Assembly (NCBI RefSeq): GCF_000143415.4
Contig: NW_003314287.1
Coordinates: 139,841-198,167, forward strand
DNA from: Selaginella moellendorffii
Lineage: Eukaryota > Plantae > Lycopodiophyta
Direction of reading: 5' to 3'
Length of the DNA: 58,327 bases
In this document: positions 31,792 through 45,300 of the stretch, piece after piece
How the letters are laid out: each line of letters starts with the position of its first letter
How positions within the stretch are numbered: position 1 is the stretch's first letter
Notes under the pieces: model-generated
Database searches by the model: none
What the model was told of the DNA's origin: nothing
The model's input: the letters and a program-made list of their open reading frames with translations, nothing else
Position numbers and translations under genes: made by a program

Positions 31792-34700
31792 ATGGCTGCT
31801 CCTGGGTCGTTGCTACTTTCCCGTCTCATGGGAAGGGAAAGCAACGACCAGACTGATGAAACAGATGCCCGCATTTTCATCTCTGGAACTTCTCTCAAGG
31901 TGTCTAATCCTCCTCTCAGCTCCGATGGTAAGATTTTCTACTCTTTTTGTTTCCTTTCCCGATTAAACCTGCATTGTTTTTATTTTGTTTGCAGGTTGTA
32001 GCGAGCTGTTGCAAGCAGTGGAAAACAGCCAAACTGTGATCACGGAGATCGATCTTTCCGGTATTTGTTCGTGTGATAGAAACTTTATCTTCTTCTCTTA
32101 TTTTCCTCTTCTTTTACAAGGATGCAATATCAGCAAAGCAGATGAGCTAGCAGAACTTATCAGAAGCTGTGAACACCTCCAAAGGTTTGCATGTATGATT
32201 TAGATTCTATCTTTCTTTCAAATTTAATGTACGTATGTAGACTCCTGCTGGAAGGTAACAGCATCGGATTAGCTCGCACCGGGATATTATCTCTAACATC
32301 GGCTATTGCTCTCAGCTCCACTCTCACGGAGGTAATTCTTCTGCTTGTCGTTCCCCCTTATTATTTCTTGTCTTGTGTTTTTTTCATAAGCTGGATCTGC
32401 GAAACAACAGAATAGGGCCGTCTTTCGCTGCTGCTTTGGCAAATGCTATTCGTGGGACTCGTTCCCTCTGCTTCATAGGTACCTAATGTTTTTTTCTTTT
32501 GTGGATTTTTCCGCGCCAAGACTATATTACTTGCAGACCTTAGATGGAATTCTATCGGTCCCAGTGGTGCTGCAGCTTTTATCAACTTGCTTCAAAAGAA
32601 TCCGAGTCTAGCTGGGATCCAACTTGCTGGCAACGGAATCCCTCAGAAACTTTTGTCAGAGATTGGTAAGTTCCTCAAAGAGATTGTTCGAGATTTGTTT
32701 TATTTGGTTGTTTAGATAAACTTGTTGAGGATAATCGTACCAACTGTGTGACACCTCATGTTCGAGCTCACGTACCACATCCCCTTGAGGTTAGCAATAC
32801 CATTCATTTCACATTAAGCTTAAGCTATAATTGTTTAGGAGGAATTCAAGTGGGAGAACCGAGAAGGCATGCAAGCAATTTATTCGGGACGAATAGCTGC
32901 AATGGTGGAAGAGATAAACAACCTGAAATCTCATGTGGTGCGTGTTTTTATGTTCTCTAATTTTATGGAAATCGGCGGTCAAACTTGAGCACACAGGACT
33001 TGCTGAAAAAAGAAAAGGAAGATACAAAGCTGGAAGTCTTGGAAGCTGAAAACCACGTCAAGGTTCTTCACAGACTTTCTAGCTCAACTTGATATTCTAA
33101 CAGATTCATTCCAGGCTCTTAAGCTTGAGCTTACAGAGGAAGCACTCTTGAGAAAGTACGCCGACAAGGAAGCGAATCAAGTGAAGGAAGAGTTATACGC
33201 TACACAACAAGTACGGGATCATAACCTCTTCTCCTTTGTTTGTTACTTGTTTGTAGTGATTCAGAAACTCGCTCATGCTGAGGAAAAGCTAGCAGAAGAT
33301 GCTCGAGTTGCCAGTAGCACTGCAGAAGCGCACAATGTGAGTAGAATGATTTCTTTCTCGTTTTTTATTTATTTCTTTTGCTTCTTTTTCTTGTTATTGG
33401 TTAATCTGTTTACAGGCTGCTCTTGCAGAAGCTGGAAAAAGGGTGAAGGCTGCAGAAGAAAGATATGACGCAGTAGTATCAGAAAATATTTCTTTGAAAG
33501 ATCAGGTTCATTTGTCCTATTCTGAAGTGAGTTTTGAAGCATTTTAACTTTTCGCAGATTGCATGCAACAAAAACGAGCACTTGATGCAGCTCCGGTCAG
33601 TTCAGGGTAAGCAATTGGTGGTGGGCAACTCTAACACTCTTGGACTTCTACAGAAAATGCTGCTACCGAACAGCACAACGCCATCTCTAATGTCAAGAGG
33701 CTCGACTTTGAGCACAGGGCGAGCGTCGAAGCACACGCAAAAGAGGTGTTTCTTTAAGCTATAAATTTATGGGAACCAAAACATTTCTATGGAAGGTTAT
33801 GAGGATGCAAGCGGAATTTGAGGCAGAGATTAAACGCGTCAATGGAGAGAAGGAAGCTGCGCTACGAGTGGGTGTTTGAAATTTTTATAAAGTTCCAACT
33901 TTCGCTGCCTGTTCTTATTAACAGGAAGTTGATGCGTTGAAATCGATGACCTCGGCCCTTGAAATGCAATTTGCAGCAAAGGAGAAGGCCCTCCAACTGG
34001 AAAAGGTACCAAATTTTCCTCGCTTTCTTTTCTTGACATAATACCTCTCACTTCAGGAGCAAACCGAGCAAGTTTTGCTGGCCCGGGTGGCAAACGTAAA
34101 ATCTGAAATGGAATCGCTGCAGGTAGCGTAAAATTTTTATCCAAGATGGCGTGTTTAGTTCTATCGCTGCAGGCTGAACTTGACAATATGCGAAGAGAAG
34201 TTTCAAAGGCCAGAAAGGTTTCTTTAGTTTCCTACGTGGTTATTATTTTTCATATGTATGCTCTTTTGTCCAGAAACATACCTCTGAAATCGAAGAGTAC
34301 GAGACAAAGATCGCTCAAAGCAGAACTTTGCAGCATCGCATGGAGCTGGCCAAGTCCGACTTGGAAGAGAGAATTTTCGCACTCACCAGTGACAAGGCAT
34401 GGACGAAGTATTTTCTCATGGTCACAAAATTTTATTTTTTCTCGTTCTCTTTCCAGGTCCAGCTACAGGAAAAAAGTAAGCTAGCAGAGGACAGAGAAAG
34501 GCTTTTGGAGAAGAAAATGGAGCTTGAAAAGCTCAAGTATGCAGAGCAGACTTCCGGAGAGATTTCTAGAGTAAGTCAGGGAAACATCTTGTGAAAGTTT
34601 GATGATCAAATCCACTTTTCAGCATATAGAAGAGAAACGACGCATCGACGGAGAGCTACAGAGCGCAAGGATCCAACTCCACAACATGCGGAATTCTCTT

Positions 34701-34890
34701 GAAGAGGTTTAAAGCTCTTGTTTCCAAAATGATCTAACATCGTTTCACGTTTTTTTCTGTTCAGCTGCAAGCCGAGCAGGAACGAAGGAAAGTAGAGGTG
34801 GAAAAACGCGTCCTGGGTGTAGAAACGCAATTTATCGATTGCATCCGTCAACAGTTTGCTGGCCTGAGAAACTCCCAGTCACATAGGTAT
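31792..34890 (+). CDS. LRRC45-like protein (RI-type LRRs plus long coiled coil), many small exons; ends approximate
   Basis: Spliced motifs LLLEGNSIG, LDLRNNRIG, DLRWNSIG, LAGNGIP, followed by E/K/A-rich heptad exons. Confidence 0.7.
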
Positions 34891-35404
34891 GTGTTAAGCA
34901 GCAATGGTTTCAATTAGTTTCTATTGTCCCAGGATCGAAGCTTATAGTAACTTATGATCTTGGCAAACCTCCACGGCTCTGCCCAACGCTTGCAGCGATC
35001 ATAACTCTCCTCGAGCATGGGATTGATGGCGTAGCACTCCTCGGTGGTCGTCCCAGCTTATGTACTCTTGTGGCTCTATATGGCACGCTAATGTAGGGAC
35101 TGATGATTCCATTTTAGCTTAGAGGACATTTATAGAAATTCCATACAGTTCTAAGGTTTTCAACTTAGTATACCATTGGTATCAAACAATGTAAAATATT
35201 ATATTTGAACCTTCAAGTTGATTTTAATGCTTGTTTTTTCCAGGTTTCCTAGATTAAAATCCATTTCTTCTCTAAACAATTCTTCTCCAGATAAATTTGC
35301 TTGTCTGTATGGTGTATGGGATGCTCTTCATAGCCTACTTAATCTGCTCAAATTTTGATGAAGCCAAGGTGCCTGCAAAACTTACATGGTAGCAGGGTTG
35401 ACAA

Positions 35405-35970
35405 TGTTGTGGTTCGATTTCTCATGATACTCTCTCCTGTCTTTCTTTTGTCTGCTGCTAAGAGCTAATTCAATCATACCTGCATACAGTGCTATTTGGA
35501 GTTGATCCACCTATCCGAGTCGATATCTCCCACCCCAGTTAATACTTCCTATTGTTGATCAATGTGTCATATGGAAAAGTGACAGCTTACCATCTTTCTG
35601 ATAACTCCTCCGTTTCGAACCTCATGCATCCCGACAGACAAGTTGTGAGTGAAAGCCTTGACATACTTGTGTTAGGCAACGAACTTTACTCTGCATAGAG
35701 AAAACAAGTGTCGAGTTTAATCATGCTGCTAGCAAATAAAGGATTTAATCACTCAATTTCCTGTTCATGAAATTGAGTGATTAAATCCTAGTTGTAGTAA
35801 AGTTAGGTTCTGTTTTTTGCTCTAGAGTGAGCATTATCACACCTTTTGCAAAGTCATTACCAGAACTATGAGTTGGTAAAAGTTGAGAAGGATGAATTAT
35901 GCAACTTCCATGGATGCAAATGTTGTGAATGCATAAAAGCAATTTCTTCTTCCTCATTTGCCTTCTGAGA
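35405..35970 (-). pseudogene. Auxin response factor pseudogene fragment (ancillary/dimerisation domain)
   Basis: KYVKAF..NLSVGM/MRFETEELSER|, GSITGVGDIDSDRWINSK*HCMQ|, ERQERVS*EIEP, with stops, frameshifts and retained intron donors. Confidence 0.75.
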
Positions 35971-37158
35971 ACTCTAGGAGGGTTGAAATTGTTGTGTTTG
36001 AATGATGGTGCTAGCACACACTGCAATGGAAGAAAGAAGAGAAAAGTAGCTTATCCATGTTGAAAGCCTATATTGATCTCCAATGTATAGAGTTATATAA
36101 CTTAACATTACACCCACAAACAAACTCACTTTCAAACCACCACTTTATCCATGTAACATCTTGCTCCTCATAAAATCACACCACTTTATTCTCACTTTTT
36201 CCATCATAAATATCATTCTTCTTAATACCATTTTGAAAATTAACTAATCTATAATGAATAATCATTACACTTCTGAAATATGTTTAGGACCAATATCGTT
36301 TCTTTCATAAGAATGAACTTTTGCCATTTCTTGTTACTCACTGTCTTAAATAGTAACAATCATTATTATTATTATATATATAACTCCAATAAGTAGCTAA
36401 ATTTTCCATTCTATTTTAATTAATTAACTATATATTTTACTAAAGATGGAATGGTGCTAAATTGCAAATCTAGATGCAAAAACAATACCATCTTATCCAA
36501 AACAATTTACATTTCATAGATATGCCTTTTTAGTGAATCTAGACACTCTTCATAAATAATCAATAAAACCCAACATGATTAACATATAATGCATGATAAT
36601 GAGTGTTTAATAGATACATATAGTGATATTTAAGGATCAATGCTCAATACGTGGGGATTATTAAGACAAAGCAAAAGAGAATTAATAAACCAAATTAAAT
36701 ATGGTTGGATAAATAAATACTTTGGAATTTCTTTCTTATACAAGTTTAATTTATTTAATTTTCCACTATACTTTAATCACTTAACTATAAATATGGAATG
36801 ACACTAGATTGAGAATATAGATGTGGAACAATACTATCATGTTCAGAGCAATCTTTACATTTCATAAATATGTCTCTCTAACCACCCCAACTCATGATCA
36901 CTTCATGCCAGAAGAAACCTCAAAAGTTTTTCCAAGCCCCATTTCACAAAATAAATTTCAACAAAGAATCCAACGTACCATGCCCCTGTTTCCTTGTCAC
37001 CTTGATTCCTGCTACTCCAACAAGCCAGCCTTCTCGTTCTCCAAGCAGTGCACGAGCAACAATCTGATCTACAGCAATACCAATTAATGATACTACTGTC
37101 CTGTCGGTCAACCCCTCTTCATGCACGTAGTAAGCCGACATAGAACCCACACTAGGGT

Positions 37159-38897
37159 ATGGATCCCAATGTCGTCTATTGTACTTTTGGCGGAGCTCTA
37201 ATGCCTAGTCCCGAGGCTGTGGAAGCGCAGGAGCATGTGAGCGCGGTGTGGGTAAGACCAGGTTCTACGCTGGGTGAGATGGTAGAGAAAATCAAGCAGC
37301 AGTCACCTTTTCCGGAAGGCACCAGATTCTCGTATGTGGATGAGGGTTACTGGTGTCAAATCCATGGCGAGACGGTGGAGTTGATAGTGCAAGAGGGCGT
37401 CAAGTACTATGTGAGAGTTGTGGTGCCCAGTCGCCGGAGAAACACTGCTCCCGTTTCATCATCGGCAAAGAATGGGCAACTCCTGTCCTCGGATTGCCTG
37501 CACGACAGCTTCCATTGGGTGAAACATGAGCTGCAGCTGAGCCACATATCGGATGGTGCCTTTGAGCGATTCATGCACAAGTCTTGCACTAGAGACTTAT
37601 GCAAGCAGATGATGTCAGCTCTGATCCAGATGCAGGCGGCGTCAAGCCATGCCGACAACCAGCTCGGGTCACCGCTATCGTTCCTGTGTCGCTTTGGCAT
37701 TGCTTTGTCTTACGAGGGTGCACAGAAACGAGACGAGGGCGTTTGTCCCGGCGTGATCTTGAGGAAGGGCACGTTTGTCTCGGTTTTGACCAGGGATTTG
37801 CGGTCGACACCTCTTCCACTGGATGAGCAAGAGCATCGCTCTTTGAAGGTTGATGTATACATTTGTATCAGTGATTAGTTCTAACTGGCTCGATGAAGCA
37901 GGAGCTAGGCTTCTTGTTTTGGGTGGCCAAGGTTCTGAACATCAAGGCTGATGTCGACTTGCCACAGATGATATCGTTGTCCACAGACAAAGAACAAGCA
38001 GTGTACAACGTGTGGCTCGTTTCTCGAGTCGCTCAAAGTGCCTCGAATGCAGTGTTGAAGGTGGTCGACGACTATCGGGAGATGGTGATGAAAGTTGGAC
38101 ACAGTGACGAGACCAAGAATCAGATCAGGCAGCTCTGTGTTGACGCCGACTTCTGGCATCAAGTCGAAAACGAGGCACAGTTCCTTAAACAGCTAGATGG
38201 CTGCCCTCTGTTCCCGTCGCTCGTTTTCACCGGTTACTGGGAAGACAGGCCCGTGCTTCTTTCAAGTTTAGAAGGTAGACCGCTACTAACAATCCATAAT
38301 TACCGTCCGCTACGAGGCTCGACAGTGGATCGGCTGTGCAAAGACCTCACGGAAGCTGTTCTCGTCCTACATGTAAGTACAAGAAGTTGTTTTGTGTCTT
38401 CTTTTTCATATTTACTTTCTTCGCAGAGCCGTGGTATTCTTCACTGTGACATAAGTACCAGGAATGTGGGGGTGTACAATGAGCCTCGGCAAGATGGCCG
38501 CTGCTTCTACCTCTACGATTTCGGGGCTGCGGTTCACGTCCGCCCCGATGTTCGAAAGGCAGGAGCAGCAAGGGACTTGGTGTTCAGCGCCTTGAACAGT
38601 ATGGTAGGAGAGCCCCAAGGACTGATGACTGAGCTCACTTCAGTTGCTTACGTTTGCCTGTACATGGCAAGCACGGAAGCTCTGCCTTGGGAAGCAGCTG
38701 CAGCGCAAGGAGAGTACGCAACTTGCTGTCTGATGCGCATTCCCGACCGGGTCACCATTCCTGAATCCCTTGGCGAGTGCACGAGGGAGTGGCTGTCCTT
38801 CGTGATTAATCATCCGGATGATGCTGCTGTGCGCCATGACTTTGAGTGGGTCCGTGGAATCGCTGCAAACTTGCTCAATAATGTTGATTTAAACTAA
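37159..38897 (+). CDS. Orphan atypical protein kinase with uncharacterised N-terminal domains (introns 37849-37901 and 38373-38426)
   Basis: VMK, ENEAQFL, LHCDISTRNV and YDFG kinase motifs; both GT-AG introns splice in frame. Confidence 0.75.
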
Positions 38898-38951
38898 AAT
38901 ATCTGTGTTGGGTAAATTTTGATTAAACAATATAATGAATCACTTTTCTAT

Positions 38952-39135
38952 AAAAGCACAACAACCACTTTTCTACTCTAACTTTAGGCTTTCATGCTTG
39001 CAAGGGTTTTGTGTCTTCTTTTTCATATTTACTTTCTTGCTTGCTTTCATGCTTGCAAGGGTTTTGTGTCTGCTTTCAAAAGCGCAACGACCACTTTTCT
39101 ACTCTAACTTTAGGCTTTCATGCTTGCAAGGGTTT
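38952..39135. repeat. About 58-bp direct repeat (126-bp period) plus a partial third copy
   Basis: AAAAGCRCAACRACCACTTTTCTACTCTAACTTTAGGCTTTCATGCTTGCAAGGGTTT at 38952 and 39078. Confidence 0.85.
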
Positions 39136-39362
39136 AAAATCGTTTTACCATGCATGTGATTTAACGTGGATTGAGGAAGCCCAAGATGTCACAGGCTTGG
39201 GCAAAGTTTCTTTTCTTCTTTACACGCCATTCTAAACAATGTTTCAGATTGGAAAAGCTCTCTATGATTTTTCTAAACTTGCCAGATTAAGTTTACACAG
39301 AAGAAAAAAAAGAAGCATGTCGCAGAAGAGTTCAGTTGTCACACGGTTGATCCATCAAGTTG

Positions 39363-42300
39363 TCAGTCAGCTTGAGGTTGCAAGAAGTGGAATGCGGGAT
39401 TCTCCCGCAACATGGGAGGGAAATCCATGTCGGACAAGTCCACCTCCCGCATCGATTGAGAAATATCGTCCACGGAGAAAGGAATACTAGCACCAAGGAA
39501 ACAACCAAAGCTGAGGAGTTCTACTGGTATGCAGCCTCTTTCTTACCTTGAATCGTCGTCTAGAAGAAATGAATTGCTCCTCACTGAGTGATGGGAGTCT
39601 TCGGTCATTAGCGCTCGCATATTTGCAATCACCTGTGGAAACATTGTGAGTGGAAGCATCGTTCCTTTTTCTTTGTGTTACCTCTGGTGATACACTGTGT
39701 GTTCCATACTTATCGTCCCAATACATAGTACTAATACGATACAATTGTTGCACGCTCAGAACCTGTACGAGAAAAGAGAGCACGGTTGACAAAAGGGAAA
39801 GAACGCAAAAAACTTGGCTTGCTTACCGGGCAAAGGTCGTGCATAATTTCATCGAGTGATTTCTTTGGCTTTTGGTGGATCACCTGTGCAGAGAAAGGAA
39901 CGAGTAAAAAAGGAAAGCAGGGGAAAAGCTTACCAGAAAACCAACTGCTTGTCGAATGTACTTGAGCTCGTCCCAGGAAGAACCTGCGAACTATTTTCTT
40001 CCCCCATTTCAGTTTAGAAGCGTCAGCTTTGGAATACATTTACCTCCTCAGAAGCGCCACAGATCCATTGTTCCAACTCGGCCAGGCCAGCTTTCACATA
40101 CTCGCCATTGCTAAAAGAGCAGCACTCCCGTCGCAAAAGAAGACTGCGAAAATAACGAACGTTTTACTTGGAAAGCCGGTACAGTGAATTGTACACACCT
40201 GTTGAAAAGCTGAACATTGATGAAGGAAAATATTTGCTTGAAAAGCTTGCGAGTCAAGAACGAAGGCACCTGAAAAGAAAATCTACCAAGTAAAACAACA
40301 AGACTCCACAACACAAACTTACATAGTTCCCTTTCAAAGTATTTAAGAGATTCGTGAGGCTGTTGATAATGCCATGCCAGTGGCTCAATGGTTGTAGTCC
40401 AGTGATGCTGGAGTTCGGTGAGAACCTTCCTGCTTTCCCAAAGCTTGTCCTTGACCTTGGAGCCTGTCAAGCTAGACATGTTAAAAAGCGATATCCAGAA
40501 CTACAACTCACCTGGATGCATAATCCAAGCAATGGCGTCACTTCTTTCTTGAGGTTGTCACGCAGAATTCCATATATTTTCTCGACATATGCAGTGAGTT
40601 GCTGCTTAAAAAGGAGAGCCGGATATTTGGCTTCAACTTGCCTTGCCGCTTCTAATCCTCCGTGATATGTACCATTCCCATGAGGTGCCATACCACTGGA
40701 TGGTGATCTGAAACCCTGATCAAAACAAGTCGATTTATCAAAACATTTTCGCCTGACAGATAGCACCTGTGTCATTCTGCCAAACAAGGTGACTGATGAT
40801 CGACGGCGTTGTGAACCCATGATATTTCCTGCAACGCTGGCCCTGAGTGTGCGTTGTAGCAAAAACAGGAGCATTGCCGTATTTGAAAGCCAGTAGGCTA
40901 ATATGTCGTTGTTTTCCTGGGCCTGCATGATCAGCGTCAGTGAAAAGCATTCGAAATGTTTGACTGAACATACTTCAATGGCAGATCCAACTGTTTGAAT
41001 TATCCGATCAAACACACTGGTTCGTTCTGCTTCAAACGATCGCCAATGAAGAAGGCACCTGTAGATTATGAATGCTGCTACAGGCCTGTCCTGGCTAAAC
41101 CCAACGTCCTGCATCACGACCTGGAGAAGCGCCTCTTGGTTCTCCTGTATGCACAACAAGAGATTAGCAAATACGTCTCGAAGTCAGCTACCAACCTGTT
41201 GCCGATCAATAAGCTGTTTTTGCCTTTTGTGATCCATCTGCGAATCCGGGGAAATAGAATCCTGGCCAGCTGAGGTGTTAAGAAGAAATAGCTGCGATTC
41301 ATACTATCATACCGATGGGCTTCGATAATCACCATTGGAAAGGTGGTAACTGTCTGGAATTCTCTGGAAAAAAGAAAACTATCGTCGGACACAAACTTGT
41401 AACCAACTCACTTGGAAAATGGGAGTCTTTAAGTTATTTGTTGGGGATATAGCGAGCGCTTGCTGCCGAAGCACTTGATTCTCGGACTCCAAATTTGACA
41501 GTCTCTCTTCAGACCTGTAAAAGAGTCAGTATCAAGCGGCTGGCATTATGTTTGTACCTCTGCAAGGACTCTTGCAAGTGCTCAATCTTTAACTCAAGCT
41601 TTCGCATGATTTCCTGGTTCTGTTTCTTGCTGGTTGAAAGAAGATGTTCAGTCTCATTTGCTCGCGTTTGAAAAGCGTTAACCATCGCCTAAGAGCCAAA
41701 ACATCATATCCTTGTAAAATACAAATGAACTACCTCACCTGAAGACGTGTATTTTCAGCCAAAAGTTGCTGAAGCCTGCTCTCATGACTAGCTTGCACAG
41801 TGAGTGACTGCTTAGCAGCGCTAACAGCACCTTCAATCGCCTTCCTGTGCTGCGCTCGTTCAGTTACAAGCGATGTGTTTGCAGTTTCAGCTTGCTTTTG
41901 AAGGTCTTGTACAAGAGCCTGTAGTTTTGCAATCTCAATCTCTTTCGACTCCTCCACATCAACCTGCAAAATAGATAAATATCAGCCGAGTAAAACCAGC
42001 TACAATAAAAACACAAATACCCGCATCCGCTTTTCTAATTGAAGACGCCATGTCAGATCTTCGCATCGTTTTTCAAGCTTCGTTTTGGCCGCTTGCAAAG
42101 CTCCAGTTTCCCTCGCAGCCTTACATGAACACAACATCAGATACCATAAGTATAACAAGTGAACTTACGATTCTCAGCCTTTTAAGCTCCCTTCTTGCCA
42201 TACGACCTTTCCACTGGGACTGAATAGCCGTTGCTGCCTTTCGTAATTGTACATAGTCGCGCCGATTTCTATATGCTCGCCAGTGTGACTGAAACTCAAA

Positions 42301-45300
42301 AGTTTTACGCCATTTAAAGAGGAAAACCAAATTATCCCGACCTGTATAAGCGTGGCGGCATTGGTTTTCCTCTGTGATCTGTAGCGCCTCCGGGCAGACA
42401 TACCGCGAAAACCAGATTGAATACGAACAGCAGAATTCCTTGCTTGCTTGAATTCCTTCCGAGACTGTAAGCCACGAACATACTTCTGCAGACATACTGC
42501 AGCGGACTCTCGTCGCAGTGATTCGTATTTTTTGCGTGCGAGCCTGCCTAAAAAATAAGCGTCGGACCAGCACGAACATCTTATAGAAACAGCAGGTACC
42601 TCGCCAGTACGCTTGTATACAAGTTGTAGCATTCCGCATTTTTAAAAAGTTTTTCCGCGCACAGTAAGTGCGAAATTTGCGCTGGATGAGTTTTGCAGCG
42701 CTGTTAAGGATTTGTGTTCTTCTAGCATCAAGCTCTGCCATTTGACCAGCTCTTAGAAAAACTTTTGTTTTCCCAATCTGTGGAGAACAAAATGCCAAAT
42801 GAGTTTTTGAAGTGAGTGTTTATTACCTGGTAGCTATCAAGGTTCAGCTTCTGAAGTAGTTTTTCGGTTGCTTTTCTCTCGTCATACCTTAAAGAAAACA
42901 AACACTAGTAAGATTTTGTCAAATTTCCAAAGTTATTACCGTCCATCAAGGAATTCGGGAGCAAGGAAACCAAAACGATCAAGGAACTGGTCAAAGGGCC
43001 GCCTGGTTGGATATCCAGCACAGCTAATTCGAACAGCTTCAAGCACACCCTGCACCAAGACACACTCGTTATTACAGTAGCAGGACGCGAGGATATGCAT
43101 ACCCCACAGCGCAGTTGTTGAAGAACGTTTGATTTTTCAAACATTCCCGGCTTGTTGAGAGAGTTGGGTTTAACACACCGAATGTAATGCGGTTGCGTGG
43201 TGCTCAATGTTTCCATAAGTTGTTGCAGTTGGTGCTATAGTGTCATGGTTAATCATCAGAAATATAAAATTTCTCAGTCACCTTGAAACCAGTACCAATA
43301 GAAGAAAATTTGTACGAGGACTTCAGAAATTCTTCTGACGGGATTGGGAAAAGCCCAGAGACAAAGCCGCAAGTAGAGGATCCAAGAATGGCTTGATGCT
43401 CTGCAACAACATAGTCCTTATTTTTATCCAGAAAATACTCCGTTTGGTAAGTGACCTGGTAAATAAATGTGTAGGACTTGTACAATAACAATAACAAATT
43501 ACCTCTCCAGCATAATGAGCGATGGTAAAATCTGTTCGGGCCCGCTTTGGTTGACTGAATCTGACATGGTGTTTGAATGCCTGGAACAACTTGGTCGCAA
43601 AAGTTTCGTGCGTGGACTTCGGGAACATGCAAGCCTCGTCAAGAAGGGCGATGATACCCAACGGCTTCTGCCAGGATAAGTGTTTCAACTCAGACAATAT
43701 GCAAAATAAAACAACAAACCTTTTCGATAAGATCTAAAACGTCCTGATTATCAATAAACTCAATGTAGCTCCAGTCGATAGCTTCTTTTGTATACTCGTC
43801 TTGTTCCATCTTGAATACGTGCTGCAGAGATATATGTTGGAATAGAGAACATACAGAACAACGGGTTACCTGGTTGAAGTGTTGCTGAAGCTTTTCATTG
43901 GCAAAGTTTATACAAAACTGTTCAAAGCTATTTACAACAACAATCACCTTCCAAATTCATACTTAAGGCCAGAAAAATACCTGTTGCTTCTAAAAGTCTC
44001 AAATCCATAAATATCAAGCACTCCGATAACAGTCTCGGATTCGGGATCTTGTCCAATGGATTTGTTGATTTTTTCGACCAGCCTGATTTACATAAAGAAT
44101 GGTGAGAGAAAACAGAAAAGAAACAAGAGGTATCTTCGTACCAGTCAAAAAGACGAGAATAAAGTGTTTTTGCCAGCGTATCGCGATTAACAGTTGCAGC
44201 TGCAGGATCAAGAGCTACGGTAATTATTTCATCCCGCGTGACAATCGCCCGAAAGCAGAGAGCATCTTGAAGACCTTTTGGATCACACCTAAAGACTCAA
44301 CCACGTTCAAGACACAAAAATTAACAAACAAATACCTACTTGAGTAACTCTGCCGCTGTCTCTAAATGAAATCTGGACTTCGAATTTTCTAGAACGGAGC
44401 AATCAGAATCTTTTCCAGAAACAAAATCAATATTTCCCAAGTGCAGAATCGCCGCTACCACCCGAAATATAGCTTCCTGTAAGAAACGAAACATAGACAC
44501 GTCGATATTGGTCGACAAAAATATTTCGCACCTGCTCTTCGGGGCTTATGCCAACGATATCCATCGCCCTTCTCGTGTTTGCGTACTCTCTGCTGTTGCT
44601 TATGCCCGTTAACTCGAAACATTTGCTTTGATTTAGATAGTGAAACTGTTGTGGATCACCGAGCTTGTATCTTTCAGCATCCTGCACAGATCAAACGTTA
44701 AAGGAGGCGAGGCGTACACGATAGAACACACCTCTGGGGATGCGCACAGCTGGTAAAAGCAATGGTAATTACGCTCGGGATCTGATATTTGCACGACGCG
44801 GGACCTTTCGAGCAAATACGTCCTTATAGCTGCGCCAGAAATTCTTCCACTTTGATCGAATTGAATATCAACAAACTTTCCAAAACGACTGCCAAAAAAA
44901 ACCATCTTAACACCGGCTGTGTATTCAATAATAAAGAAAAGAAAACCTTGAATTATCATTTCTGACAGTTTTTGCATTGCCGAATGCTTCTAAAAGGGGA
45001 TTCGACTGCACAAAATACCACATGTCAGTCTCATTTTAAGTACTTCCAACGTAGTCCTTTACCTCTAGTACTTGTTGTTCCACAGTTCGTGCGTCAGATG
45101 TAGAACGACCTCCCATGTATGCAAGGTATTGCATAATCAGTTTAGTCGTTTCAGTCTTCCCCGCTCCAGACTCTCCACTTACCAGAATAGACTGGCAAAT
45201 TTTTTCATTGACCATTGTTCTAAAATGGAACAAATGAGTCCATTAAACCCAGGAAGACAAAGAAACAAGAGGTACCTATAAGCGGAGTCGGCGACAGCAA

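Noticed and set aside
3500-39140. CRISPR-like reading of the short spaced repeats (3510-3630, 38950-39135)
   Set aside because: Eukaryotic context, irregular spacing, no unique equal-length spacers and no cas genes
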